Shown here: positions 28,898-41,060 of the stretch, one piece after another
Layout of the letters: each line of letters opens with the position of its first letter
How positions within the stretch are numbered: the first letter of the stretch is position 1
NCBI RefSeq assembly: GCF_009914755.1
Contig: NC_060926.1
Strand: one strand, 5' to 3'
Source: the human T2T-CHM13v2.0 reference genome, Homo sapiens
DNA: 64,000 nt
Made by a program: the position numbers and the translations under genes
Notes under the pieces: model-generated
What the model saw: only the letters and a program-made list of their open reading frames with translations
Told to the model about the DNA's origin: nothing
Database searches by the model: none

Positions 28898-29125
28898 TGA
28901 CTTTTTAAAAAATCTTTTAATTAACACATAATAGTTGTGTTATGTGTTATGTGTTGTGTTATGTGTTATGGAGTACATGGTGACGTTGCAATACATATAG
29001 TGCATATGTACAATACATATAGTACAATCAGCACAGGGTGATTAGCATATCTATCATCTCCAACACTGATTATTTATTTGTGTTGGGAGCATTTAATATC
29101 TTCCTTCTAACTAGTTGAAACTATA
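28896..29125 (+). repeat. Local duplicate A1 of 30776-30984 (L1MA 3' piece), with (TGTTA)n expansion
   Basis: Direct alignment by eye gives about 11 substitutions in ~200 bp plus the microsatellite insert. Confidence 0.95.
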
Positions 29126-29400
29126 AAACATGTACAATATCATGATGCCTATAGAGAAACAATATAATCCAAAGGAAAGGAATGTACTCAAAATGTTGAA
29201 TATTATGCTTGTGCCTGGGCATAAAAAAATCTTAATTTTTAAGATTTTAAAAATAATATTGGCCAAATAGAGTTTAATTAGAATAAAGCAACCAAAAAAC
29301 ACAGCATTTTATATCACAATTAGATGTTATTTGAGATCTTATGATGGAATTTTTGGTTCTTTTGACAGCACAGGAAAAAAAGAAAGACTTGACTGCTATT
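29122..29400 (+). repeat. Local duplicate B1 of ~29773-30046
   Basis: gatgcctata.agaaaca..a.aatccaaag...aaaatgttga.tatt.tgcttgt and atatcacaattagatgttatt..gagatctt.tgatggaattt...gaaagacttgactg occur in both copies (roughly 83-85% in alignable blocks). Confidence 0.9.
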
Positions 29401-30445
29401 CGGAAAGATTGAAAAATTTGAAGTTTATGAATTTATACTAATTAATAAATGGAAACAAAACAAAAATACCTCAAAGCAGTTGCCAGGATAGCCAAGAAAC
29501 GAGTTAGAAGCTAAATGCTGAAGGCAGCAAAACGTGATAGAAGAGTCTCTGGTGACTCATAAGGTACCATGGTAGTCTTTGCCTCAGAGCACCTAACCAG
29601 AATTTTACGTGGAAAAATAATTTAAAAAAAACTTCCAACTTGTTCAAACTATTGTTATTTTGTTTCTCTCTTCTAAAAAGATTGGTCCCATATCCTAAGA
29701 AATTCACTTTTCTTCTTGATGTTTTTGTACATTCTCTAATTTTTCTACCATGAACATGAGCTAATTTGTAAATATAAAACTAAACACATGAAGTCAGCAC
29801 AATTATCAGGATGCCTATATAGAAACAGTAGAATCCAAAGTAAGGGAAGTTACTGAAAATGTTGAGTATTCTGCTTGTTTCAGGGCTTAAGATAAATAAT
29901 AATGAAAATAATAATGGTCAAAAATAATAATGGTCAAAAAAGATAAAGCATTATATATCACAATTAGATGTTATTGAGATCTTGTGATGGAATTTGGGGT
30001 TCTTTTATCTGACAGTGTAAGAAGAAAGGAAAGACTTGACTGTTGTTGTTAAGTATTGGTTTTAAATGAAGATGAAATAGGCATGATTTTAATAGTACAA
30101 ATGCCCAGAAGATAAATGGTAAGGTACTGTGACACAAAAAGCAACTCAATAAAGAGGAACATTTGTACCTCCAAGCTTCCTAGAAATGGAATTTCTTACA
30201 CTGAAAGAAAGGAAGGGCTAGGTCACAGGAAATGGCCACAAAGAGATGGACTGCTTGAGTATGTGGATTCTACACTTGGTAGCCTATGTAATAGATTCTG
30301 ATTCCTCAGGAGACTCCTATATTTCAGTTCTGAGATTCTCTGACTACATGAGTGTATTTTGATTATTTAAGGGAGTATCAACTAGGGTGCTCCCTTATTG
30401 ATTTGAGTATATAAGCAATAAAGCTCATAGGTTTAATTTCATTAG

Positions 30446-30768
<323 letters not shown>

Positions 30769-30794
30769 AGTACTGGTTGACTTTAAAAAAAATC

Positions 30795-31087
30795 TTTTAA
30801 TTAACACATAATAGTTGTACATGTCTATGGAGTACATGGTGTTGTTGCAATACATATAGTGCATATGTGCAATACATATAGTACAATCAACTCAGGGTAA
30901 TTAGCATATCTATCATCTCCAACATTGATTATTTATTTGTATTGGGAACATTTAATATCTTCCTTCTAACTAGTTGAAACTATATAATATGTTATTATTA
31001 ACTATAGTCATCCTACAGTGCTATACAACACTACCACTAGTCCTCCCATCTAGCTGTAATTTTTTGTCCTTTAACAAATCTCTCCCA
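30795..31087 (-). mobile_element. L1MA (L1MA3-5-like) 3' end
   Basis: cacataatagttgtacat...cagggtaattagcatatc.atcatctc...ttattaactatagtcatcctacagtg...tttgtcctttaacaaatctctccc. Confidence 0.85.
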
Positions 31088-31235
31088 ATAATTCATTTCA
31101 TAGAGATGAATTAAAATACCCAAACTCAACGCTGTATTGCCTTGCATGATACAGGTAATTCTAAACCAAAGTTGACACTGTACACAGGATCATCTCACAA
31201 TTTTTCACTGCACTATAAATGCTGCTTAGTATGTA

Positions 31236-31609
31236 CAGTTAGAACTCACTAAACATAATGGATAGGTTCTTGGAAACTATGACTTTAAGTGAAATGACAT
31301 ATAAGATAACCAATTTCGCCATAGGCTAGTTGTTATAAATAAGAGTAAAGTTTCTATAGCATATTTCTCTGGTTAAAAAATTTCACCAAACTTCTAAATG
31401 AAGACCAGAAAACTCTAACATTAGACATGGAAATAAATGTGAGCTATACATACATTTAAGAAAGACTAATAAAAACAAGTAAGATAATTACTTACCTGCT
31501 TATTCCAGTTCAGGGTCTCAGGTGGCCAGAGCCTATCCCAGCAGCTCGGGTGCCAGGCAGGAGCCCACCCTGGACAGGACACCATCCCATCCCATGGCAC
31601 ACGCACATG

Positions 31610-31643
<34 letters not shown>

Positions 31644-31843
31644 TTCACTCACACTGGGACCAGGTGATATTCTGTTTCACTAGATGGGCACAGCTTTGGG
31701 ATGTGGCAGGAAACCCACACAGACATGAGGAGAACATGACAACTCCACACAGATAGTGGCCTTAGCTGAGAATCGATATTTTTTCTCATCAACATTATAA
31801 TAAAGTGATGTTGAATGAAGCAATGTTATTCCAAGACCTGCTA
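31236..31843 (-). mobile_element. MER6A-like TcMar-Tigger DNA transposon with TA TSD
   Basis: ~608 bp flanked by TA; gataggttcttggaaact...; the end tctcatcaacattata...gttattccaagacctg is the reverse complement of the MER6 start; contains V-SINE-like aacccacacagacatg.ggagaacatg..aactccacacaga. Confidence 0.88.
31597..31644. repeat. Alternating purine-pyrimidine tract, (CG)/(CA)n microsatellite
   Basis: gcacacgcacatgcgcgcgcacacacacac...acat, 48 bp of uninterrupted alternation. Confidence 0.95.
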
Positions 31844-34502
31844 TAGCTGCTGAGAAAAGTGGCCATGCAGTCACAGAGCCTCTGTAAATATAAACTTTAG
31901 AAGAGGCCTTGTGGCTTTTTATCTCAGAGTGTCACTTGTCTTTATAAGAGATGGTAAAAGACACTTTACTATCTATCCACTTTACCATTGTTTGACACCT
32001 CCCTCCCCAATGCGGCATGCAATTGGCCATGGAGGGACATTTCTTCCTGGAGACCTCCCTCAATGCATTCTGCTGGAGCGATCCAAGTAGCAAAGGCCTC
32101 AGACCTGCCTCGGACATCGCAATTTCCCTGACAAGTGGATGCAACTCCCAACCCTCACACCTTACAACTTCTCCTGAATTCTCCAGCTTGTACTGAAATT
32201 GACATGAATGCCGAACAACTGCAATGGGCAATTATAGTAATTCTGAAACTGGGGAGAGAGGAAAGCAGCTGAATGAAGTAGGTTCTGCCTCTCTGTTGGA
32301 AGAACTGTTAAATAAAGAGGGTGGGAATCTAGCAGTCCCTTGAGAGCATCTTAGCAGAGGCAGGCACAGACAAGCCTGGTGAACCCTGTCCTAGACGGGT
32401 ACTGTCAGCTTGCCTTTTTATGGGCACACACACTGAGGCAGTGCCATTGCGAACTCAGTCACCAGATGTCTCATGAGGCTTTTGTGGGGAGAATTGCTCA
32501 TCACCCCAACTGGCTACACACCACGGAGGCAACTGCCCTCTGCTAATTGCAAGAAGTGCTGAAACAAGTCTTAGGTTCTGGCCAGGTGCTGGGTGAATGT
32601 AATTTCCTTGCAGAGTCTCTAACCCATAATTGGATACTTGCAAACGCTTCTGCTGGTGATGGTGTCCATGCTGCTGCTGCTGAGATTCATGATGAGTTAG
32701 GCACAATCTCGGTAGGAACTGGAGCACACAGAACAACTCCACCATCCACAGAGTTCACCGCCATGTTATTTGTTATAACATGGTCCATTTTTCTTCCCCC
32801 TGCTGAGTAGAAGCTGTTAGGAAGAGATTAGAAAGCCTATAACCATAATGGAATATAAGGGGTCACAAGGATAAGAGGAAACTAAGACCTAAAGGAAATA
32901 AGAGAGAGAAGAAAGTAGAATTGCTTGGGAAAGTTTGGCTGAAATGGGTCCTTAGTTTAAATTTACTTTTGGTTTAAGAAGTAGCGCTCAAGGTTAAAGC
33001 ACGATGTAGTCTCTACACGTATATCCCATGTGGAGTGAGGACAGGTGTAGAACTGCCAAGACTCCGATTGAAGAAACCACCTGAAATCCCCTGACTGGCA
33101 GCCTTGGTGGAGGGAGGTGTCCAGGCATGGCTTGTGTGCTGGTCCACGGACAAGGTGAGCTCGGCATGCGATTTTCTCTGGCAAACCTACCTGTAAACAG
33201 GGTGGATTAGATTGGAGATTCCTCTTAATGCCTGAAGAGGCTCACATGCTTCAGAAGCCAGTTGGCTGCCTACACATCTTACTTTTCAGACATAATAATC
33301 ATTCAGAGAGACAGTATGCAAAGTGAGACTGTCAAAAGTGGGGTGAAATGACATTCATAGGTAATTTGTGATGCTAGTAATCCAAACTATTATTATTAAA
33401 TTTTTTTTACCTATTTGGGATGTTTTTATATGCTGTACATGAGAAAACAAAACCTTCCCTAACTCAGAGGGAAATGCAACCTCTGCATTTTGATTTACCT
33501 CCCTCAAGGTAAACCTCCCTCGATGTATCCTAGCTGCCCTCATGTCTGGATAAGCAACACGAAGTTCCCAGCTTCTAGCACAGGAGAATCTAGGCATGCA
33601 GATTAGGTTTAGTGCTATTTGACATTTAAATATCCAATTTGCTGAGATGACACATAGAGACTATAGTTATTTGTGTTACCACTGTGAGTATGTGTCAGTT
33701 GTCCTAGAATTTTGCCTGTGGTGGTGAGGAGCAATGGAGAGGAAGAGTGGCAGGGAGCGTAACAATCAAACATACACTTTTAAAGAGTAGAGGTTTGGGC
33801 TTTTCCATGACTGCAGTGATTTTTGGTGACGATTATGCTGGCTCAGATGGTCAAATCATATTTTATTAGAGTGACTATTCAACAAGGACAGATCCAAGGA
33901 AAGCCCTCATCACTGTTGGCTAAAGCATGGGCTTCTCAGTCTGGCAATCCCATGTATGAATTAGCTACAACAAATGGCACTCTGTGACCCCATTGTAGAT
34001 GGCAGTAGTGTAAAGTGTTTGCTAATGGCATGTACTTGGACTCCTTGTTTCTGCCCTTTTGTAGAAGCTAAAAGATACTGTGTGTCTGAGGGAGATGATG
34101 TTAAGCTTCCCATCTGTGGCCACATTTGTCAAAATAAAGCAAAACCACCTTCCGTCATGGCTGCAAGGGTGCTGTGCCATTTGAGTATAAATCACGTATT
34201 AACAGATTGGCCATAATACCTAAGAGAATAAGATGTGCCTGCTTTAAAGGCAAAAGCTTGTATCATGCCAGATGCACTTCATTTACAAAGCACTTCAAGG
34301 CTGACCACGTGTGCCCATAACACCTTTGTCACTAGGTGCCAGAGTTAGAAGGTCAGGGAAATGAGCTTGTGTAAGTTTTGTGACAGATGGTTGTCACTCA
34401 CAGCTGTTTATGCCTTCAAAACTGCTGATAAATAATTGCAAGGCATGTATCTCTGGAGTTGTGAAGAATTCTGTGTCTTGTATACTCCAGTCATATTCTT
34501 TA

Positions 34503-34813
<311 letters not shown>

Positions 34814-35008
34814 TCCAGTCATATTCTTTAAGGGCCCTTTTGCGTTTAAGCCACACAAACCCTCAGGGGAAAAAATTCATTCTGCACAAACATATATAAA
34901 GTGTAACTTAAAATTGGGAAATAATAAATTGGCATCAGGGAAGCTCTCCTGGATCCCTGCTGAAAGGTAAAATCCAGAGTTAAAAATAATTCTCCACTCT
35001 CCTACCCC

Positions 35009-35052
35009 TGTGCGTGCACAAACACACACACACTCACACACACACTCACACA
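35009..35052. repeat. Imperfect (CA)n microsatellite
   Basis: tgtgcgtgcacaaacacacacacactcacacacacactcacaca. Confidence 0.85.
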
Positions 35053-35210
35053 GCTTAGATCCAAAACTTATAGCTGTCTTCCATACTACATTAATGTCTT
35101 AATCTATTTGATACAGTTACAAAATGATTATGTGTATACTCTACATAACTACATAAAGATATAATTTATATATTTCCTTTTGATCTCAGAGTTTTCTTCA
35201 CCTCTTCTCT

Positions 35211-35646
35211 TGTATCAGTCTCACCATGCTCCCACAATAAACTGCCACAAACAAGATGGCTTAAAAATAACAGAAATGTATTCTCTCACAGTCCTGGAGG
35301 TGAGCCATCTGAAATCAAGGTCTCAGCAGGGCCATGCTCCCTCTGAAGGCTCTAGGAGGGATTTCTCCCTGGGCTTTGTGGTCTTCTGGCTCCCGGCTTA
35401 CCTTCCCTGGTGGGTGTATTACTCCAGTCTCTGCTTCTGCCTTTAGATGGCCTTCTGCTCTAGGTATTCTCTGTGGATCCTGTCCTCTTCTCATAAGGGC
35501 ACTGGTTATTAGGCCCACCCGAATCCAGCATGACTTCATCTTATCTTAATGAATTGCATCTGCAAAGACCCTATTTCCAAATAAAATTACATTCTGAGGT
35601 TTCAGGTAGACCTGAACTTTTTGGAGATAGAATTCAACCCACTACA
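35211..35646 (-). mobile_element. MaLR solo LTR (MLT1C-like)
   Basis: tgtatcagt...cagaaatgtattctctcacagtcctggagg...cagggccatgctccctctgaaggctctagg...ctgcaaagaccctatttccaaataa...ttcaacccactaca. Confidence 0.88.
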
Positions 35647-36444
35647 GGAGTTGCTATAAAGGAGTTACCTAATTTGGGCATTCATCTGATCTATTATTGG
35701 TAAGCATGTGGGGAGATAAAAATGATTCCTTGCTTCTATGGTGTTTCAGTTATTGCTGAAATCTTCAAATCAAAAGATTCCAGACGCTCATAAAGAGACA
35801 TTTGAGGACAGTGGTGCTCTACCTGCTCCTTGGTCATGTGAAATGGTGCCACAAGGTCTGGATTTGGAAAAGGATCGCAATGTTGAAAGATAACTATTTC
35901 TCCAAGCTGTTAGTTTCTAGTCCAAGATGTGCCCCTTGGAAACCAGCCACAAGTATGTCTCTGAAGAATTTTCACATTGCCTATTGACTTACACACACAC
36001 ACACACAGTCACACCTCTCAAGCTGTTGGAAGCCAAATTGATCTTTACCTTTCTCGCACTACCCTTTTCCAGCACAGTTGCTTCCAGATTTGAGTTTCTG
36101 TATCAGTAACCAAATGAGTGTGACCAAGCTCCTTTACTGAAAGCACACACACAAACAAAAACCACAGATCAGAAACATGAAAATGTACTCAATTTATGTG
36201 ACTAGTGTGGTTACTTTCACATTAGGTCAAGTTATGATAAGAAAGGAGGATCGGGGTGATATTAAAAAGAAAGCCAAAGAGAGAAAGCATGAGGAGAGAG
36301 AGACAAGAGTAAGAGAAGAATGATGGGGAGAAAGTGGCTTAAACTTGATATGAGCTGGGAGAATTTTAGATGAAAAAATAAATTACCACATTTTCTTAAA
36401 ACACAAGACAATGTCACCAGCTGAGCAGAATTTTGTTTACAACT

Positions 36445-36660
36445 AATAACTGACATCCACATAGCAGGCACTGAACACCAGGTGCTGTTCTTTCTGAATA
36501 CCAAACACATTTTCTCTTTCTTTTTTTCTTTCTCTCTAATTTAATCCTCACAACAACCTGTGATCTAATTTTATATCCAGAAACTGAAGTGCAGAACTTA
36601 GAACTTGCCCAAGAATTGCAAGCAGGTCTGCTGGCTCCAGATTCTGGGTTCTGTCTCCAA
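36445..36660 (-). mobile_element. MIR SINE
   Basis: atttaatcctcacaacaacc...gaaactgaag...aacttgcccaag. Confidence 0.65.
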
Positions 36661-36724
36661 TTATAAAGTGCTGGTTGGAAGGTAAACATCTAACATTCAG
36701 TATACAACCAGTAGTCATCTATTA

Positions 36725-37320
36725 TACAAGTAGTTTGGAAAAGAGTTTCGTACTCTGCCACCTAATACCATTAAACACACACAGCTGCTTGGTGACCCAA
36801 CAATTCCACTCCCAGCAATTCCGTACACACGTAGAAGAGGCAACACATACAAGAATGCTCACAGCAGTCAGATTCATAACTGCACATAAGTAGAAACAAC
36901 CCATATGTTCATCGACAGTCGATTAGATAATCACAGTGTGACTCTCACAGAATAATTCTGGACAACACTGAAAAACTACATTTATATGCATGAGAATGGA
37001 GGAGTCTAAGAAATGTTGGATTGAGGGGGCAAAAAGCCAGAGATATTTTATAAAGATTAAACAGGAGCCACAGTTAATAATATGCTTTTAGAGACACATG
37101 CACTGGTAAAACTATGGAAGAAAAAAATAAAAATAAAAATAAGTGGTGACCTTGTAGTGGGGAGGGAAGAAGTAGAATTGGGGAGATACAAGATGTGTCA
37201 CAAACTTTTAACTTTGAGTTAAGGAGTGGGATCTTCGGTATGATGTACTTTCCTTCTTTCTTACCTTCATAAACATTGTGCATGGGGTGTGGTTAATTTC
37301 CATTATCTTAAAAAGAAAAT
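36725..37320 (+). mobile_element. L1ME3-like 3' fragment
   Basis: gtgacccaacaattccactccc...catacaagaatgctcacagcag...gaaacaaccc...ggtaaaactat...gtggtgacct. Confidence 0.7.
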
Positions 37321-37984
37321 GAATAAAAGATAATGGAGTGAACATGGTATGGAAGGGATTATGGAGGTAAGGGGTAGATTACTCAGGCTGAGAAGTAACT
37401 AAGATAGAACTTAGTGAATAAATACTTCAGGAATAAATTATGAAGTGGTACATCTACATAATTTTACTGGCTGTTCTAGTTTCAAATTACATGTTCAATT
37501 CAGAGCTCCCAAATATTCAGTTTTACATTACTATCTGGTGAGAGTGAAATATTTTCATCCACAAAGGGAAAAAAAATACAAATGCAAATGGAATGAACTA
37601 GAAACACATCAAAATTTCAGTTATCCATGGATAGGAATGTGAATATAGCATGTATCAGAAAATGATTTTGGCTACAAGTTTGTCTACAAGGTTAATAAAA
37701 ATTGCTATTCTCAGTAACAGTTTGTAAAGCTGAAGTTCTTTGTAGAGGATAAGTAAAAGTTGCATGCAGGGTGTTAATGCATCCTGTAGCTTTTATTTAA
37801 GACTGTATGAAACAGACAATGGGCCAAACACACCCAGTATGCTTTGAGAATTGACTTTAACATATTTTCTGGCTATTTTAAAGAAAAAACTAAATAAACA
37901 CTCATCTGTTGCTTTATTTTAGTACCTGATGATACTGAGATAGTCTCAGAACTTCTTACCTCTACATTTTAACCTAATTTTTAA

Positions 37985-38075
37985 CAACTATATAGTAAGA
38001 TACCTATGCCATAGTTATATGGTGTGAGGTACAAGAGTAGTTCAATAAATATGTGTTGAATAAACGTATTAAACA
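37985..38075 (+). mobile_element. L2 3' tail
   Basis: gagtagttcaataaatatgtgttgaataaa. Confidence 0.55.
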
Positions 38076-38756
38076 AATAAGGGGTCTCACAGTGTGGGTA
38101 GCTCTATAATACTCTGGGAATTTTGTGCCTGTGCATTTGCAAACTTTTTGTTTCTTCTTCTAAGATTTGCATCCTATTTAGGAACTTCAGTTCACAAACT
38201 TACTTTCCTAAACCCTCTAAATACAGTATTCTCTCCTATCCACCTGTTTCTACTTAGTTTTCAAGGCCATAGGGCTGGCAAAGCGTCTCGGGTTAACCAG
38301 GAAATGTTGACAAGGAAAAAGGAGGGAAGAAATGTGAACAGAGTTGCTCCTTTTGGATGATTAATGTAATCCATGGAGTTAATATAAAGTAATATATTTT
38401 ATTTCTTTATTTTAAAGGTAAACAATATTAGTACCCACTCCTCACACAATTTTTTTTTAAAGAATCCGTGTAACTTGTCAAAACATAGTGATGCTATAAC
38501 CACCTTTGTATCTATATGGGAAAAGAAGCATCCTTTTTCAATTGTTTAAACTTTATTTATGTAAGATGCATATATTTAAAATAAAAACAAAATTTTAATT
38601 GACAAGTAACTATTTTAAATATTAATAATATTCAATAATGTCATAGTTTATTATTTTAAAATTATTTTATTTAAATCCTTTTGAAGAATTATCAATATAA
38701 GATAGATTTTGTGTCAAAGCACAAGATTTTATTAAGAATGAACAAAGAAGAAAAAA

Positions 38757-38950
38757 GACTTGCATTTATTGAGCACAAGATATATGCCAGTGGTTCTCAA
38801 ATGGGTTATTTCATGAATTATTCCAATAGGTCTCTAAAGGATATATTATCCTTATCTCAAATCAGCAACCGGAGATTCAGAAAAGCTAAATAACTTGCCC
38901 ACGGTCACACAGTTGACGTTGATAGAACCAAGATTCAAATATTCTCCTTC
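38757..38950 (-). mobile_element. MIR SINE
   Basis: catttattgagcac...taaataacttgcccacggtcacacag...agaaccaagattcaaa. Confidence 0.78.
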
Positions 38951-39059
38951 TAATGCATATTATCATATCATATTATTATATTATATTATCATAATATATT
39001 ATCATATATTATGCATATAATGCATATTATTATAATAATGCAAATATTCTCCTTCTAAT
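38936..39059. repeat. 86-bp AT-rich low-complexity insert between perfect 19-bp direct repeats
   Basis: caaatattctccttctaat at 38936-38954 and 39041-39059. Confidence 0.92.
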
Positions 39060-39300
39060 ACTCTCTTTCTTTGCTTTGTGGCAAAGGCCTGACTTCTGTA
39101 ACTTAAGTTCTGAAGGAAATCAATATGTTAACATCCTTTCTATCCAAAAAGGCATTCAAGTAAATCTTTTTATTATCAATTTCTTCTCACATTGATAAGT
39201 GGAGAGTTAAAGAGAAAGAAATTAAAATACATAATGGTGCTATAGACAACTGAGAAGATAGATGTATGTATTATCTTCACATAGTATTAATGTAACACAT

Positions 39301-39376
39301 ATAATCAATTAATATAATTTATAGTTAATAAAGTATAATATGATAAGCATAATCAATTAATGTAGTTTATAGGTAA
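39301..39376. repeat. 28-bp imperfect direct repeat, period 48
   Basis: ataatcaattaatataatttatagttaa / ataatcaattaatgtagtttataggtaa. Confidence 0.8.
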
Positions 39377-39412
39377 ATGCAAAATAAGGATATAAATGCT
39401 TTCAAATTATGA

Positions 39413-39789
39413 TTCTCACACCTTGCTCAATGTCTTATGTCCATACAAGATAGTTAGAAATCCAAGACACAGTCTTGAAAAGGAGAGAGACCAAGTAAAA
39501 ATGATGATAAATAAAATAAAGGTCTTAAAAATCTCATAATAATATGGCTATACCCAATTAAGCTGTTTGGGAAAATTAACAGAGATATAAATATGGAGAA
39601 TTTCTCACACCTTGCTCAATGTCTTATATCTATACAAGATAGTTAGAAATCCAAGACACAGTCTTGAAAAGGAGAGAGACCAAGTAAAAATGATGATAAA
39701 TAAAATAAAGGTCTTAAAAATCTCATAATAATATAGCTATACCCAATTAAGCTGTTCGGGAAAATTAACAGAGATATAAGTATGGAGAA
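39413..39789. repeat. 189-bp tandem duplication (2 copies)
   Basis: 39413-39600 vs 39602-39789, 5 substitutions (all transitions). Confidence 0.97.
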
Positions 39790-40829
39790 GCATGTTTATG
39801 TATCAAGACCAATGTTTGCTTTCATTTGCATAGAATATTGACCCAGAGGTTAGAGGTAGACCAGGAGGCTACAGTACAGTGAGGAAGACTTAAACTAACC
39901 AGACCTAGCCAGGACAAACTTAGCCACTATGAGGAAAGAGCTCACTAGGGCCATTAAAAGGAATACTGATTTATATACCTGATTGAAGATTCTAAAGTGT
40001 GTTGATATGAAACTGTAGAGTTATGTAATTTGCCTCAATTGCCCTCAGTGTCATGAGTCAAGGAGTAGAATAGGACATGTGTCTGTTGATTCAGGATTGG
40101 GCATTTGGAGGAACAGAATGTAAGAGAGTAAAGAATTCTGGCAAGAGTGGGTAAGCTAGCGAGTCATGCACTAGACAACGGACTGAAGGAGCCAGCAGTG
40201 TACAACTTTGATGTGATCTGTGGCCTTGCTGATTTAGCATTTCATCTAGATGTGAACTTCACATAGTGCCCAATATGTGTTTGGCACTAAGCAACTGCAT
40301 GTCACATAAGAACAAAAATAAACAAATTATTAAAAGGAGGAACTATGGGCCTGCATCCAGCTCTTGATGAAAACTTGTTAATACTCTATATGTTGCCAAT
40401 AAGATCCTAAACTATAAAAATATTTTATGGTAAAATTATCATTAGGATAACATAGTAACTAGGTTCAACTCTGCTCCTAAGTTTCTGAACCTTGTGGAGT
40501 TCTGTGTAACTGGCCAGAAATATCTACCAGTACGGGGACCGCAATAGCACTATGGTTATAAAATATATTTGTTAGCATATAAAATTATGAACTTTCACAT
40601 TTTATCCTTGAGTAGTGCATTATCTGGCTTTTGCCTCTGTATGTCATTGATTCTTTAACCACAATACTTTAAGATTGAATATTAAAATATCTGGTGTTAC
40701 ACTTAAATGACTTCATTGTTTTATTTGGAGTTTGATCCTGGTGTGTTTCCTTAACAATGTTAAAATGATTAATAATTTTCAGTAGGTGACATACCTAATC
40801 CATGCCTCTAAAAATAATTATGTTTATCA

Positions 40830-41060
40830 TTGAATGATTTCCTGCTAAATCCCTGGTGTTCTGCTAACTCTTTCACTTAACCAATGTGTAATCCTCACAA
40901 GGACCCTACCATATAGGATATTGTCTCCAATTTACAGATATCAAAACTGGGGCTCATTCAGGCAGTAAAAATAACTAGCCTAATGTGCCACAGCAAATAA
41001 AGCGTAACACATGTCAAATAGTATCTAAGTCTTTTTCCCTTGCAGAGTCTATTTTCTTAA
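40830..41060 (-). mobile_element. MIR SINE
   Basis: taatcctcacaaggaccct...ctccaatttacagatatcaaaactgggg...ataactagcctaatgtgccacagc. Confidence 0.7.

Larger units (their letters stand above)
28545..29672 (+). mobile_element. ERVL-class solo LTR (LTR33/LTR16-like) in two halves: ~28545-28748 and ~29473-29672
   Basis: 5' half: aacatggcc...tgaccaacttctggccaatgatttgtgaatggaagtg. 3' half: aagctaaatgctgaaggcagcaaaacgtgatagaagag...ttttacgtgg...aacttccaacttgttcaaactattgttattttg. Confidence 0.6.

Noticed and set aside
32455-32745. 96-aa ORF with HHESQQQQHGHHHQQ
   Set aside because: The Q/H run comes from a short (CTG)n; there is no recognisable domain or gene context. Kept only as part of a non-coding island finding.
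33137-33156. ccacggaca matching the centre of the REST/RE1 motif
   Set aside because: Both the left half (TTCAGCA) and the right end (GCGCC) are missing.
39413-39789. Repeats as possible CRISPR-like array
   Set aside because: Only two long tandem units with no spacers and no cas genes, in a primate genome. The same applies to the L1 5'UTR repeats.
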